This document shows positions 1 to 9,013 of a DNA stretch of 64,000 nt, piece by piece. Position 1 is the stretch's first letter, and each line of letters starts with the position of its first letter. This DNA comes from Minisyncoccota bacterium (lineage in GTDB: Bacteria; Patescibacteriota; Minisyncoccia; UBA6257; UBA9933), in the NCBI GenBank assembly GCA_041650415.1, contig JBAZLC010000003.1, positions 2,033-66,032 on the forward strand, given 5' to 3'. The notes under the pieces are model-generated. The model saw nothing but the letters and a program-made list of their open reading frames with translations, was not told the origin of the DNA and did not search any database. The position numbers and the translations under genes were made by a program.

Positions 1-692
1 CGGTTGAAGACGCCGCTCTTTCGGCGGGAGCCGCACGGGCTTATTTAGTTGAAGAACCGGTAGCGGCCGCTTTGGGCGCGCGATTGCCTGTGGACGAGCC
101 GACGGCCAGCATGATAGTCGATATGGGCGGAGGAACCACGGAAATAGCCGTTATTTCAATGGGCGGAGTGGTTATCTCGAGAAGTTTGAAAATAGCCGGA
201 GACAAATTAAACGATGATATAATTAAGTTTGTCCGCGACGAATTTAAATTGATGATAGGCGAGCCGACAGCTGAAGAGCTTAAAATGAAAATAGGTTCGG
301 CCATAGCGATGGATGAAAAATTGGAGCTCGCTATTCGTGGCAGAGACATGGCGACCGGATTGCCGAGAGAAGTGATAGTGAAAGGAGGCCATGTCAGAAT
401 GGCGATAAACCGTTCATTGCGTTCGGTGGTTGAGGCGATAAAAGAAACGATAGAAAAAGCGCCGCCGGAGCTTGTCGGAGATATTTTAAAAAACGGAGTT
501 TTTCTTTGCGGTGGCGGAAGTTTATTAAGAGGAATGAGTAATTTAATTCAAAGAGAGATTGCGGTGGAAGCTACAGTCGTGGATGACGCTTTAACATGCG
601 TCGTGCGCGGAGCGGGAATCATTACGGACAACATCGATAAACATTCCAAATTTCTCGCCGGGAGCTTGAAACCGATGGAAATTAATATATAA
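1..692 (+). CDS. mreB: Rod shape-determining protein MreB, 5'-truncated at the window edge (C-terminal ~230 aa present)
   Basis: The translation in the ORF-track frame (...VDMGGGTTEIAVISMGGVV...LCGGGSLLRGM...) matches the actin-like MreB family. The ORF is open to position 1, so the gene starts upstream of the window. Confidence 0.85.
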   Translation, partial: VEDAALSAGAARAYLVEEPVAAALGARLPVDEPTASMIVDMGGGTTEIAVISMGGVVISRSLKIAGDKLNDDIIKFVRDEFKLMIGEPTAEELKMKIGSAIAMDEKLELAIRGRDMATGLPREVIVKGGHVRMAINRSLRSVVEAIKETIEKAPPELVGDILKNGVFLCGGGSLLRGMSNLIQREIAVEATVVDDALTCVVRGAGIITDNIDKHSKFLAGSLKPMEINI

Positions 693-709
693 TATAGGAT
701 TATAAAACT

Positions 710-904
710 ATGGGAGGAGTACCTACAAAACATCACACACGTTCAAAGACCGGGCGACGCCGGTCGCATTTGGCTTTAAAGCCCTCGCAGATTCATGCGT
801 GTTTAAAGTGCGGCTCGCCGATTGTCCCTCATCGATTTTGTTCAAATTGTGGAGACTATAAGGGCAGAGTGTTAAAGAAGCCGAAATTGAAAGTCAAAAA
901 ATAA
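710..904 (+). CDS. rpmF: 50S ribosomal protein L32
   Basis: 64 aa and basic, with an N-terminal [16 protein letters not shown] motif and a C4 zinc ribbon (CLKCG...CSNCG) typical of bL32. Confidence 0.85.
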   Translation: MGGVPTKHHTRSKTGRRRSHLALKPSQIHACLKCGSPIVPHRFCSNCGDYKGRVLKKPKLKVKK

Positions 905-905
905 T

Positions 906-1328
906 ATGGCTACAAGACACTTGGCTCGTTCAATCGTTCTTCAATCGTTGTATGAGTGGGATTTTTATGGCCGCAAAAGCGACCTGCCGAAAATCCTGGA
1001 ACGCAATTTGGAGGAATTTGGACCGGGAATTGACGAAACCGATTTTGTCTGGAAGATAGCAGACGGCATAGTGAAAAATTTCAATAATTTAAATAAGATA
1101 ATAGAAAAATCAGCGCCGGAATGGCCGTTAAGCCAGATTTCAATAATAGACAGGAATGTTTTGAGAATCGGGCTTTACGAATTGATGTTTGCTGACAGGA
1201 GCGAGGTTCCCGCGAAAGTCGCGATAAACGAAGCGATAGAGTTGGCAAAAAATTATGGCGGACCGAATTCGGGCAAATTCATCAATGGAGTTTTGGGAAC
1301 GGTATATAACGAAATGGAGAAAAAATAA
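906..1328 (+). CDS. nusB: Transcription antitermination factor NusB
   Basis: 140 aa. [17 protein letters not shown] and a conserved C-terminal region resemble the NusB family, and the size fits. Confidence 0.75.
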   Translation: MATRHLARSIVLQSLYEWDFYGRKSDLPKILERNLEEFGPGIDETDFVWKIADGIVKNFNNLNKIIEKSAPEWPLSQISIIDRNVLRIGLYELMFADRSEVPAKVAINEAIELAKNYGGPNSGKFINGVLGTVYNEMEKK

Positions 1329-1342
1329 AAATAATTTAAACA

Positions 1343-1963
1343 ATGAATAAATCAAAAGAAAAATTAGAGAGGTCGTTGGGAATTAAACTCTTTTTAAAAG
1401 GGGACCGTTGTAATTCGCCGAAATGTGCGATGACAAGAAGGCCTAGCCGTCCGGGAGTTCATGGCGCCAAAAGGCGCAGAGCGCCGTCTGAATACGGAGG
1501 ACAGCTTATGGAAAAACAAAGAATGAGAGCTAGTTACGGCCTTAGAGAGGCCCAGCTTGAAGAAATCGTTACCAAGGCCATGGATAAAAAAGGAGCCGGC
1601 GGAGTCGGCAACTCAATAATAGAGACTCTGGAAAGGCAGTTTGCCAATGTTGTTTTCCGTTTGGGACTTGCCAATTCAAGAACCATCGCCAGGCAATTGA
1701 TTACTCACGGGCATTTTTCGGTAAACAAAAAGAAAATAAAAGCGCCGTTTTATCCGTTGAAAGTCGGCGAAGTTATTTCAATAACCCCGAAATCCAAAGA
1801 ACTATTGATTTTTAAAGACCTATCCGATAAACTTAAAAAATACGATACGCCGGAATGGCTTTCTTTGGACAAGGAAAAACTTGAAGGCAAATTGTTGGCC
1901 TTGCCCAGCAACATGGAAATGCCTTTTGATATTAACTTGGTCGTCGACTATTATTCAAAATAA
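1343..1963 (+). CDS. rpsD: 30S ribosomal protein S4
   Basis: 206 aa with a zinc-finger N-terminus (CNSPKC) and an S4 RNA-binding domain. Sits directly upstream of rpoA, as in the alpha operon. Confidence 0.9.
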   Translation: MNKSKEKLERSLGIKLFLKGDRCNSPKCAMTRRPSRPGVHGAKRRRAPSEYGGQLMEKQRMRASYGLREAQLEEIVTKAMDKKGAGGVGNSIIETLERQFANVVFRLGLANSRTIARQLITHGHFSVNKKKIKAPFYPLKVGEVISITPKSKELLIFKDLSDKLKKYDTPEWLSLDKEKLEGKLLALPSNMEMPFDINLVVDYYSK

Positions 1964-1974
1964 TTTATAAACTT

Positions 1975-2757
1975 ATGGAATACGCACGTTTAAGCGATAC
2001 TGTAAAAATTAAGAAAATTTCCGAAACCGAAAAGGAGGGAGTTTTTGAAGTTGAAGGACTTTACACCGGATACGGCCTTACTTTGGGCAACGCTTTAAGG
2101 AGAGCACTTCTTTCTTCTTTGCCGGGCGCAGCGGTCACTCAAATAAAAATTAAAGGAGCGGAACATGAATTTTCCACGCTTCCGGGAATTTTGGAAGATA
2201 TAGTCGAGATAACGTTAAATCTGAAAAAGGTTCGTTTTCATTTCTACGCTTCCGAGCCGCAAATTTTAACCTTAAGAGTTAAGGGCGAAAAAGAAGTTAC
2301 CGCCGCCGACATAAAAGGCAACGCCCAGGTTGAAATCGTCAATCCTGAAGCGCATATCGCCACTTTGACCAATAAAAACGCGGAATTGGAAATGGAAATT
2401 ACGGTTGATAAAGGAGCCGGATACGTTTCGGCCGAAGCGCGCAAAACGGAAAAACTTCCGATTAAAACAATCGCCGTAGACGCGATTTTCTCGCCCGTGG
2501 TTAAAGTTAATTTCTCGATTGAAAATATGCGCGTCGGCGACAGAACGGATTTCAACAGACTGAAAATTGAAATCGAAACAGACGGCAGCATTTATCCTTC
2601 AAGCGCTTTGCGCAAAGCTTCGAATATTTTGAAAGACCATTTCGAAAAAATGGCGGAAATCGAAGTCATGGAAGATGAAAATGAACCCGCCGAGGAAGAA
2701 GCCAAAGAAGAAAAATTGGAAAAGAAAGAAAAGAAAACAAAAAAGAAGAAAGCGTAA
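1975..2757 (+). CDS. rpoA: DNA-directed RNA polymerase alpha subunit, N-terminal domain only; C-terminal domain replaced by a short acidic/lysine-rich tail
   Basis: Alpha-NTD (dimerisation/assembly) motifs are present (TLGNALRRALLSSLPGAA, EDIVEITLNLK). The protein ends at 260 aa with ...EDENEPAEEEAKEEKLEKKEKKTKKKKA, with no alpha-CTD-like sequence. It lies between rpsD and rplQ. Confidence 0.85.
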   Translation: MEYARLSDTVKIKKISETEKEGVFEVEGLYTGYGLTLGNALRRALLSSLPGAAVTQIKIKGAEHEFSTLPGILEDIVEITLNLKKVRFHFYASEPQILTLRVKGEKEVTAADIKGNAQVEIVNPEAHIATLTNKNAELEMEITVDKGAGYVSAEARKTEKLPIKTIAVDAIFSPVVKVNFSIENMRVGDRTDFNRLKIEIETDGSIYPSSALRKASNILKDHFEKMAEIEVMEDENEPAEEEAKEEKLEKKEKKTKKKKA

Positions 2758-2760
2758 TTT

Positions 2761-3111
2761 ATGAAACACTTAAGCTCCAACAGAAAATTCCATCGCAAAA
2801 AAGGGCAGCGAAAAGCCCTTTTTAAAAGCTTGGCTGACAATTTCATTTTGAAAGAAAAAATGGAAACTACTGAAGCTAAAGCCAAAGAAACTCGTACCAG
2901 AGTTGAAAAATTTATCACTCTTGGCAAGAAGCAAAATTTGGCGAGTTTTAGAATTTTGATGTCCAGATTGAATAAAAAAGCCGCCGAAAAAGTTTATTTT
3001 GATTTGGCTCCGCGCTATAAAGACAGAAAAGGCGGATTCACCAGAATAACGAAATCGGCCGTTCAAAGGAAAAAAGACGGAGCAAAAACGGCAATAATAG
3101 AGTTTGTTTAA
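2761..3111 (+). CDS. rplQ: 50S ribosomal protein L17
   Basis: 116 aa. HRKKGQRKALFKSLADN... matches bL17 and the gene follows rpoA. Confidence 0.85.
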   Translation: MKHLSSNRKFHRKKGQRKALFKSLADNFILKEKMETTEAKAKETRTRVEKFITLGKKQNLASFRILMSRLNKKAAEKVYFDLAPRYKDRKGGFTRITKSAVQRKKDGAKTAIIEFV

Positions 3112-3123
3112 ACCGGTGTGGGG

Positions 3124-3151
3124 TTGACAACAACACAATAAATAATATAAT
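3124..3151 (+). promoter_or_regulatory. Sigma70-like promoter upstream of tuf (TTGACA, 16-nt spacer, TATAAT)
   Basis: TTGACA at 3124-3129 and TATAAT at 3146-3151, read by eye, ~115 nt upstream of the tuf ATG. Confidence 0.5.
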
Positions 3152-3268
3152 TAAAAGCGTCGCGTAAAAAAACGTAAAAAATAAATAACGAAACGTGGAT
3201 CCTGAAATATGAAACAAACTGGATTAAACAATGTTTCAAATTTCAAGTTTTAAGTTTCAAAAAAAACA

Positions 3269-4468
3269 ATGGCTGAAAAAGCAAAATTTGATAGAAGCAA
3301 GCCGCACGTAAACGTCGGCACAATAGGACACGTCGACCACGGCAAGACAACTTTGACCGCGGCGATTATGCATATCCTTAAATTAAAAGGTCTTATTGAA
3401 AAAGAAGAGGGAGTCAATCAAATTGACAACGCGCCCGAAGAAAAGGCTCGTGGAATTACGATTGCCTTGCACCACTCGGAATATCAATCGGAAAAAAGGC
3501 ATTATGCCCACATCGATGCTCCGGGACACGCGGATTACATTAAGAACATGATAACCGGCGCGGCGCAGATGGATGGTGCGATTTTGGTCGTTGCCGCCAC
3601 CGATGGTCCGATGCCTCAAACAAGAGAACACATTCTTTTGGCTTACAACGTAGGCGTTCCGAAGATGGTTGTATTTTTGAACAAGTGCGATATGGTGGAT
3701 GATCCGGAACTTATCGACTTGGTTGAAAGCGAAATTCGCGAACTTTTGAAGAAATATAATTTCCCCGGAGACGAAACTCCGATAATCAGAGGTTCGGCGC
3801 TTAAAGCTCTTGAAGCGAAATCCGCCGATGATGAAGATGCCAAGCCGATTCTTGAACTTATCAAAGCTCTTGACGATTACATTCCGGAGCCGGTCAGGGG
3901 CACCGATAAACCGTTCTTGATGCCGGTTGAAGATATTTTCTCGATTGAAGGAAGAGGAACAGTCGTTACCGGAAAAGTTGAAAGAGGAATCGTGAAAGTA
4001 AACGAAGAAATCGAAGTTATCGGTATTAAACCGACGCAAAAGACGGTTGTTACCGGGATCGAAATGTTTAATAAACTTCTCGATGAAGGAAAAGCCGGAG
4101 ACAACGTTGGAATTTTGCTCCGCGGACTCAAGAAAGAGGACGTTGAGCGCGGCCAGGTTATTGCCAAGCCGGGAAGCGTTACTCCGCACTCTGAATTCAC
4201 GGCGGAAGTTTACGTTTTGAGCAAAGAGGAAGGAGGCAGACATACACCGTTCTTCAAAGGTTATAAACCGCAATTCTACATCAGAACAACCGATGTTACC
4301 GGAGAAGCCGTTTTGCCGGAAGGCGTTGAAATGGTTATGCCGGGCGACACCGTAAATTTGACGGTTAAGCTTATAGCGCCGGTTGCTTTGGAAGAAAAAC
4401 AAAGGTTCGCTATTCGCGAAGGCGGAAAGACGGTTGGCGCTGGTTCAGTAACAAAAATCTTAAAATAA
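3269..4468 (+). CDS. tuf: Elongation factor Tu
   Basis: 399 aa. [15 protein letters not shown]1 motif, with DAPGH and NKCD motifs; full length. Confidence 0.97.
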   Translation: MAEKAKFDRSKPHVNVGTIGHVDHGKTTLTAAIMHILKLKGLIEKEEGVNQIDNAPEEKARGITIALHHSEYQSEKRHYAHIDAPGHADYIKNMITGAAQMDGAILVVAATDGPMPQTREHILLAYNVGVPKMVVFLNKCDMVDDPELIDLVESEIRELLKKYNFPGDETPIIRGSALKALEAKSADDEDAKPILELIKALDDYIPEPVRGTDKPFLMPVEDIFSIEGRGTVVTGKVERGIVKVNEEIEVIGIKPTQKTVVTGIEMFNKLLDEGKAGDNVGILLRGLKKEDVERGQVIAKPGSVTPHSEFTAEVYVLSKEEGGRHTPFFKGYKPQFYIRTTDVTGEAVLPEGVEMVMPGDTVNLTVKLIAPVALEEKQRFAIREGGKTVGAGSVTKILK

Positions 4469-4485
4469 AAATATAAAATAGCACA

Positions 4486-4824
4486 TTGGACATGGCCAAA
4501 AAAAAGGAAGAATTAGAACAAGGCAAAATAAGGTTGCGGGTTAAATCGTACGACCACAAGCTGATAGACAATTCTTTAAAGCAGATTATAGACATCGCTT
4601 TGAGGAATGGCGCGGAAGTGGTTGGTCCGATTCCTTTGCCGACCGAATTTAAAAAGTATACGGTTAACCGTTCAACTTTCGTTCATAAAAATTCCCGCGA
4701 GCAATTCGAACTTCGTGTCCATAAGCGTTTAATAGATATTTTGACTCCGAGTCCGAAAATAATAGAAGCTTTGTCGAGTCTGACATTGCCGGCAGGAGTA
4801 GAAATCGAAATCAAAATGGCATAA
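4486..4824 (+). CDS. rpsJ: 30S ribosomal protein S10
   Basis: 112 aa. RIRLRVKSYDHKLIDNS...HKNSREQFELRVHKRLIDI matches uS10. Confidence 0.9.
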   Translation: MDMAKKKEELEQGKIRLRVKSYDHKLIDNSLKQIIDIALRNGAEVVGPIPLPTEFKKYTVNRSTFVHKNSREQFELRVHKRLIDILTPSPKIIEALSSLTLPAGVEIEIKMA

Positions 4825-4833
4825 AGCCAAAAA

Positions 4834-4866
4834 AAGATTCCCCGAACAGGGGAGTCTTTTTTATTT
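4834..4866 (+). terminator. Rho-independent terminator after rpsJ
   Basis: AAGATTCCCC-GAACA-GGGGAGTCTT hairpin followed by TTTTTTATTT, read by eye. Confidence 0.6.
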
Positions 4867-5281
4867 CGCATATTATTTCCTCTTCACCGCGCTCCGGCGT
4901 AAGTGAGTTCAGAAAATTTAATTTTCCCTTAACCCGCTTCGCCCCGTCCAGCGCGGGGCTCGCTAGTCCTCGCGACGGCGAGATTTTATTGGTCGCTTCG
5001 CTTCCGAATTATAATAAAACCACCAAGCTCGCCTGCTGCGGGGTTTCGGAGAAAACAAAATTTTCTTCTCAAAATACAGAATAAACCTTTTTCATAGCCA
5101 GCATTTTGGAGCGAGGTTATAAATTGATGAGCGAAAGGGAAAAAAGCGGGAAAATTGCGTTGTTTGAATCCCGAAGCGTAGCGAAGGTTGAGTTCGCTAT
5201 TTTCCGTCGGTTTTTTACTTTGAGCGAATACAATTTATCCGAGCGGAAAACGCTGGCGGGAAAAGATTTATTTGAATGGGG

Positions 5282-5310
5282 TTGACAAATGCCATTTCTT
5301 TGAGTATAAT
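5282..5310 (+). promoter_or_regulatory. Consensus sigma70 promoter (TTGACA, 17-nt spacer, TATAAT) inside the rpsJ-rplC spacer
   Basis: TTGACA at 5282-5287 and TATAAT at 5305-5310, with a TG two nt upstream of the -10 box; perfect hexamers with optimal spacing. Confidence 0.6.
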
Positions 5311-5316
5311 GTAGCC

Positions 5317-5410
5317 AGTGAGTGTGAATTTTCCTTGTTGCCAAGACGCAAGTCGCGGCAAAATTCAAGGAATATTTATCCAGTCCCCCCGCGAAAGCGG
5401 GGGGTTTTTG
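5317..5410 (+). ncRNA. Short structured transcript (~90 nt) or transcription attenuator: nested hairpins ending in a strong intrinsic terminator
   Basis: Downstream of the consensus promoter there are nested inverted repeats (GAATTTT/AAAATTC, TTCCTTG/CAAGGAA, TTGCC/GGCAA, with a GAC-GCAA-GUC GNRA-capped apex). These are followed by CCCCCCGC-GAAA-GCGGGGGG plus TTTTTG at 5385-5410. No ORF is present. Confidence 0.4.
5385..5410 (+). terminator. Intrinsic terminator/attenuator (CCCCCCGC GAAA GCGGGGGG TTTTT)
   Basis: A perfect 8-bp GC stem with a GAAA tetraloop and a T-run. Confidence 0.65.
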
Positions 5411-5445
5411 TTGTTGCGAAAATTAGGCAAATACAGCATAATTAT

Positions 5446-5590
5446 CTTGCGGCTGCAAGAGAGCACTCACTGCTTTTTATGCCTAAGTGGCCACGAGAGA
5501 GCACTCACTAAACAAAAAAACTGGAGGTCACCATCGTGGCCACTTAGGTAGTAAAAACTGGCGGCGTTCGCCGCCATTGCAGCCGCATAA
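5446..5590 (+). other. Highly structured non-coding segment (long leader of the rplC operon or a second ncRNA) with nested long-range inverted repeats and a 14-nt direct repeat
   Basis: GCGGCTGCAA (5450-5459) pairs with TTGCAGCCGC (5577-5586). CCTAAGTGGCCACG (5482-5495) pairs perfectly with CGTGGCCACTTAGG (5535-5548). There is a GGCGGCG-TT-CGCCGCC hairpin at 5561-5576. The direct repeat AGAGAGCACTCACT occurs at 5458-5471 and 5496-5509. Confidence 0.35.
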
Positions 5591-5732
5591 TGGAGACCTC
5601 GAAAAAGCCAATTGGCATTGACTTATTTTTTGCGATTTGCTATATTTAGCTTCAATATAATGTTGAGTTTTTCAGTTAAAAGTTTATAATCAGTTTTTAG
5701 GATTTAGCCCAAAATAATTAAAATTATTTGAG

Positions 5733-5762
5733 ACAGCCGGCTAAACCTGGCTGTTTTAAATT
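5733..5762 (+). promoter_or_regulatory. Hairpin plus U-run immediately upstream of the rplC start codon (possible attenuator/translational operator)
   Basis: ACAGCC-GGCTAAACCT-GGCTGT followed by TTTTAAATT, 9 nt before the rplC ATG at 5771. Confidence 0.35.
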
Positions 5763-5770
5763 GACTCGAG

Positions 5771-6370
5771 ATGGCATTCATTTTAGGAAAAAAATTAAAA
5801 ATGTCCCAAATTTGGAAAGATGAAAAAATCATTCCGGTGACGCTTGTTGAAGCCGGCCCGGTTACGGTTACCCAAATCAGAACAAAAGAAAAAGACGGTT
5901 ATGAAGCCGTTCAGGTTGGTTTCGGAAATAAGAAGGAAAAGAACGTTAAAAAGCCCCAAAGAGGCCAATTTGGGAAGCTTGGAAATTTTCAATACGTAAA
6001 AGAATTCAAAGCTGATGGCGATTTTAACGTCGGAGACGTTTTAAACGTCAGCCAATTCAAAGAAGGCGATAAAATAAAAGTCAGCGGTTTGAATAAAGGC
6101 AGAGGATTTCAAGGCGGAGTAAAAAGACACGGCTTTAGCGGCGGTCCGAAGACTCACGGTCAGAAAAATCGTTTACGCGCTCCGGGTTCCATCGGTTCGA
6201 CGGCTCCTCAAAGGGTTATGCCGGGCAGGAGAATGGCGGGCAGAATGGGCCAGGAAAGAATAACGGTTAAAAATTTGAAAGTCGCCGCGATAGACGAAAA
6301 AAAGAATATTTTAATGGTAAGAGGAGCCGTGCCCGGAATGAGAGGTACGTTGCTTGAAATAAAAATTTAA
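5771..6370 (+). CDS. rplC: 50S ribosomal protein L3
   Basis: MAFILGKKLKMSQIW... matches the canonical uL3 N-terminus; 199 aa. Confidence 0.93.
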   Translation: MAFILGKKLKMSQIWKDEKIIPVTLVEAGPVTVTQIRTKEKDGYEAVQVGFGNKKEKNVKKPQRGQFGKLGNFQYVKEFKADGDFNVGDVLNVSQFKEGDKIKVSGLNKGRGFQGGVKRHGFSGGPKTHGQKNRLRAPGSIGSTAPQRVMPGRRMAGRMGQERITVKNLKVAAIDEKKNILMVRGAVPGMRGTLLEIKI

Positions 6371-6374
6371 AAAT

Positions 6375-6998
6375 ATGAAAGTTGAAGTTTTTGATAAACA
6401 AAACAATAAGATTGGAGAAATCGATTTGCCGGAAAGAATTTTCGGATTGAAATGGAATGCTGACCTGGTTCACCAGGCGCTTATCGCGCAATTGGGAAAC
6501 AGCCGCGAGCCGTTGGCGCATGCCAAAGGCAGGGGCGAAGTCCGGGGAGGAGGCAAAAAGCCGTGGAAACAAAAAGGCACGGGCCGCGCAAGGCACGGTT
6601 CAATCCGCTCGCCGATTTGGAAAGGCGGCGGCGTAACTTTCGGTCCAAACAAAGAAAGAAATTTCAGCAAGAAAATAAATGCCAAAATGAATCGTTTGGC
6701 GATTTTCACCGTTTTGTCGAGAAAAGTTAAGGATAATGATTTGAAAGTCGTTGAAAGTTTTGCTGCAGTGGCGGATAAAACGAAAGACTGGAATACTTTC
6801 TTGAAAGGCATGATTGATTTGAGGTCAAAAGCTTTGATAATTCCGACAGCGGAAAATAATATCAATAAAACGATTTCAAACATAAAAAATGTCAGTTCAA
6901 TAAACCCGAAATCGTTGAACGTCCGCGATTTATTGAAGGCAAAAAACATAATTATTGAAAAACAAACGGTAAGCGATATAGAAAAACATTATAAATAA
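6375..6998 (+). CDS. rplD: 50S ribosomal protein L4
   Basis: KGRGEVRGGGKKPWKQKGTGRARHGSIRSPIWKGGG matches the uL4 core. Confidence 0.93.
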   Translation: MKVEVFDKQNNKIGEIDLPERIFGLKWNADLVHQALIAQLGNSREPLAHAKGRGEVRGGGKKPWKQKGTGRARHGSIRSPIWKGGGVTFGPNKERNFSKKINAKMNRLAIFTVLSRKVKDNDLKVVESFAAVADKTKDWNTFLKGMIDLRSKALIIPTAENNINKTISNIKNVSSINPKSLNVRDLLKAKNIIIEKQTVSDIEKHYK

Positions 6999-7000
6999 AC

Positions 7001-7309
7001 ATGGCGATTTCAACAGGAAAAAATAAAAATGGTTCGGTCATGCTGATAAAGCAGCCGTGGATTACCGAAAAAGCCGTTAATGCGGGCGCTTTAAGGAAAT
7101 ACGTTTTTATGGTTGATGATAAAGCCAACAAGCCCGAAGTTAAAAAGATGATAGAAAAAATTTATTCCGTTAAAGTCGCCGATGTGAATATTACGAACAC
7201 CAAAGGAAAAACCAAAAGGCTCGGCAGAAGCATGGGCAAAACTTCAGGTTTTAAAAAAGCGATAATCACGCTTAAAGAAGGAAATACTATAGATATAATG
7301 CCAAAATAA
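7001..7309 (+). CDS. rplW: 50S ribosomal protein L23
   Basis: 102 aa with uL23-like sequence, positioned between rplD and rplB. Confidence 0.85.
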   Translation: MAISTGKNKNGSVMLIKQPWITEKAVNAGALRKYVFMVDDKANKPEVKKMIEKIYSVKVADVNITNTKGKTKRLGRSMGKTSGFKKAIITLKEGNTIDIMPK

Positions 7310-7322
7310 ATAAATTAGAGAT

Positions 7323-8153
7323 ATGAAAAAATACAGTCCTACAAGTCCATCAAGAAGAGCTATGACAACCGTTAACTACGGTGTTTTAAGTGGAGCCAAA
7401 CCGCTCAAGAAATTATTAAAAAACTTGAAGAGCCATTCCGGAAGAAATAATCAGGGCAAGGTTACGATGAGGCATCAGGGCGGCGGAGTGAAACAGCTTT
7501 ACAGAATGGTAGATTTCAAGCAGAATAAGTTAAACGTCCCCGCTAAAATTGAAGGATTGGAATATGATCCATATAGAACTTCTTTTATAGCCCGTCTTTT
7601 GTATAAAGATGGTGAAAGGAGTTATATTCTGGCTTCAAAGAATATGAAAGCCGGAGACGAAATAATAGCCGCTGAAAACGCGCCGTTGAAAGAAGGAAAC
7701 AGATTAAGATTGAAAAATATTCCGGTTGGCTATTTTGTTTTTAACGTTGAAATAGACAGAAACAAAGGAGGACAAATGGCGAGGTCTGCCGGTTCTTACG
7801 CCGAAGTTTTGGCGCAGGAAAACGGATACACCAACCTGAAATTGTCTTCGGGAGAAGTCAGAAAACTTTCCTGGGAGAATTTCGCTTCTTTGGGACAAAC
7901 TTCCAATTCAGACCATAATCTTACCGTTATCGGAAAAGCCGGCCGTTCAAGAATGATGGGTATCAGACCTACGGTTCGCGGTTCGGCTATGAATCCCGTC
8001 GATCATCCGTATGGAGGAGGCGAAGGAAGAGGACCGAGAGGCACCAAGAGGCCGAAGACGTTGTGGGGCAAGATTACTGGAGGAAGAAAAACGAGAAAGA
8101 AAAAGAAATGGTCAAATAAAATGATAATTAAACGCAGAGGTAAAAAAAGGTAA
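7323..8153 (+). CDS. rplB: 50S ribosomal protein L2
   Basis: 276 aa with the conserved uL2 C-terminus (GGGEGRGPRGTKRPKT). Confidence 0.95.
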   Translation: MKKYSPTSPSRRAMTTVNYGVLSGAKPLKKLLKNLKSHSGRNNQGKVTMRHQGGGVKQLYRMVDFKQNKLNVPAKIEGLEYDPYRTSFIARLLYKDGERSYILASKNMKAGDEIIAAENAPLKEGNRLRLKNIPVGYFVFNVEIDRNKGGQMARSAGSYAEVLAQENGYTNLKLSSGEVRKLSWENFASLGQTSNSDHNLTVIGKAGRSRMMGIRPTVRGSAMNPVDHPYGGGEGRGPRGTKRPKTLWGKITGGRKTRKKKKWSNKMIIKRRGKKR

Positions 8154-8165
8154 AAATAAAAAAAC

Positions 8166-8471
8166 ATGTCAAGATCATCAAAAAAAGGTCCGTATATAGA
8201 TCCGAAGCTTTTAAAAAAAATGGCCGGGTTAAAGGCGGACGAAAAAAACACGGTGATTAAAACGTGGTCGCGCGATTCGGAAATTTCTCCGGAAATGGTT
8301 GGTTTCGTTTTCGGCGTCCACAACGGCAAAGATTTTATAACTGTCAGAGTCAGCGAAGAAATGATAGGCCACCGGCTCGGCGAATTTTCTCAGACGAGAA
8401 AGTTTGTAAGGCATGGAGGAAAGATTCAGAAAGAATTGGAAAAGAAAGCTGAAGATTCGCAGAAAAAATAA
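8166..8471 (+). CDS. rpsS: 30S ribosomal protein S19 (with a short basic/acidic C-terminal extension)
   Basis: SKKGPYIDPKLLKK...GHRLGEFSQTR matches uS19; 101 aa. Confidence 0.92.
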   Translation: MSRSSKKGPYIDPKLLKKMAGLKADEKNTVIKTWSRDSEISPEMVGFVFGVHNGKDFITVRVSEEMIGHRLGEFSQTRKFVRHGGKIQKELEKKAEDSQKK

Positions 8472-8479
8472 GATTATTT

Positions 8480-9007
8480 ATGAAAACCCAAATTGCAAAA
8501 CTGAATTATTTACGCATAGCGCCCCGTAAAACCAGGCTTGTTGCGAGCATGATAAAAGGATTATCGATAAACGAAGCGGAAGCCCAATTGCTGGTTAACC
8601 CTAAAAGGCCCAGCGACGCGGTTTTGAAATTGCTCCGTTCGGCGGTTGCCAATGCCAAAAATAATCAGAAGCTGGACCCGGAAAAACTTTTCGTGAAAGA
8701 AGTCAGAGTCGATAACGGACCGATGCTGAAAAGGTTTATGCCGAGAGCGATGGGCCGCGCCAGCGGAATAGAGAAAAAAAGCAGTCACATAACTTTGATT
8801 CTTGGCGAGGCGGAAAATTTGAAAGCGCCGCGCTTTAAAATAGCCAAAGTTGAAAAGGTTTCAAAGAGGGTTAAGGAAGAAATGGCTAAAAAGAGTAGGA
8901 AAGAAAAAGAAGAAAAGGAACACGAAAAAATAAAAGGAGCGGAACCGCAAAAGCAGGCCGAAAAGCCGGGCTTTACGAAAAAGTTCTTTAGGAGAAAATC
9001 AATATAA
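8480..9007 (+). CDS. rplV: 50S ribosomal protein L22 with a ~60-aa K/E-rich C-terminal extension
   Basis: A uL22 core (LNYLRIAPRKTRLVASMIKG...HITLILGE) is followed by a low-complexity KEKEEKEHEKIK tail. Confidence 0.88.
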   Translation: MKTQIAKLNYLRIAPRKTRLVASMIKGLSINEAEAQLLVNPKRPSDAVLKLLRSAVANAKNNQKLDPEKLFVKEVRVDNGPMLKRFMPRAMGRASGIEKKSSHITLILGEAENLKAPRFKIAKVEKVSKRVKEEMAKKSRKEKEEKEHEKIKGAEPQKQAEKPGFTKKFFRRKSI

Positions 9008-9013
9008 AAAATC

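Noticed and set aside
3383-4402. 339-aa minus-strand ORF inside tuf, plus other antisense ORFs inside tuf, rpoA, rplB, rplC/rplD, secY, serS and elsewhere
   Set aside because: Antisense shadows of highly conserved genes, with low-complexity F/N/R-rich composition and no independent signals.
5117-5551. Track ORFs 5117..5368(-), 5272..5511(+) and 5318..5551(+) in the rpsJ-rplC spacer
   Set aside because: They overlap the consensus promoter and hairpins, have non-protein-like composition and no start context. The region is better explained as structured RNA or leader.
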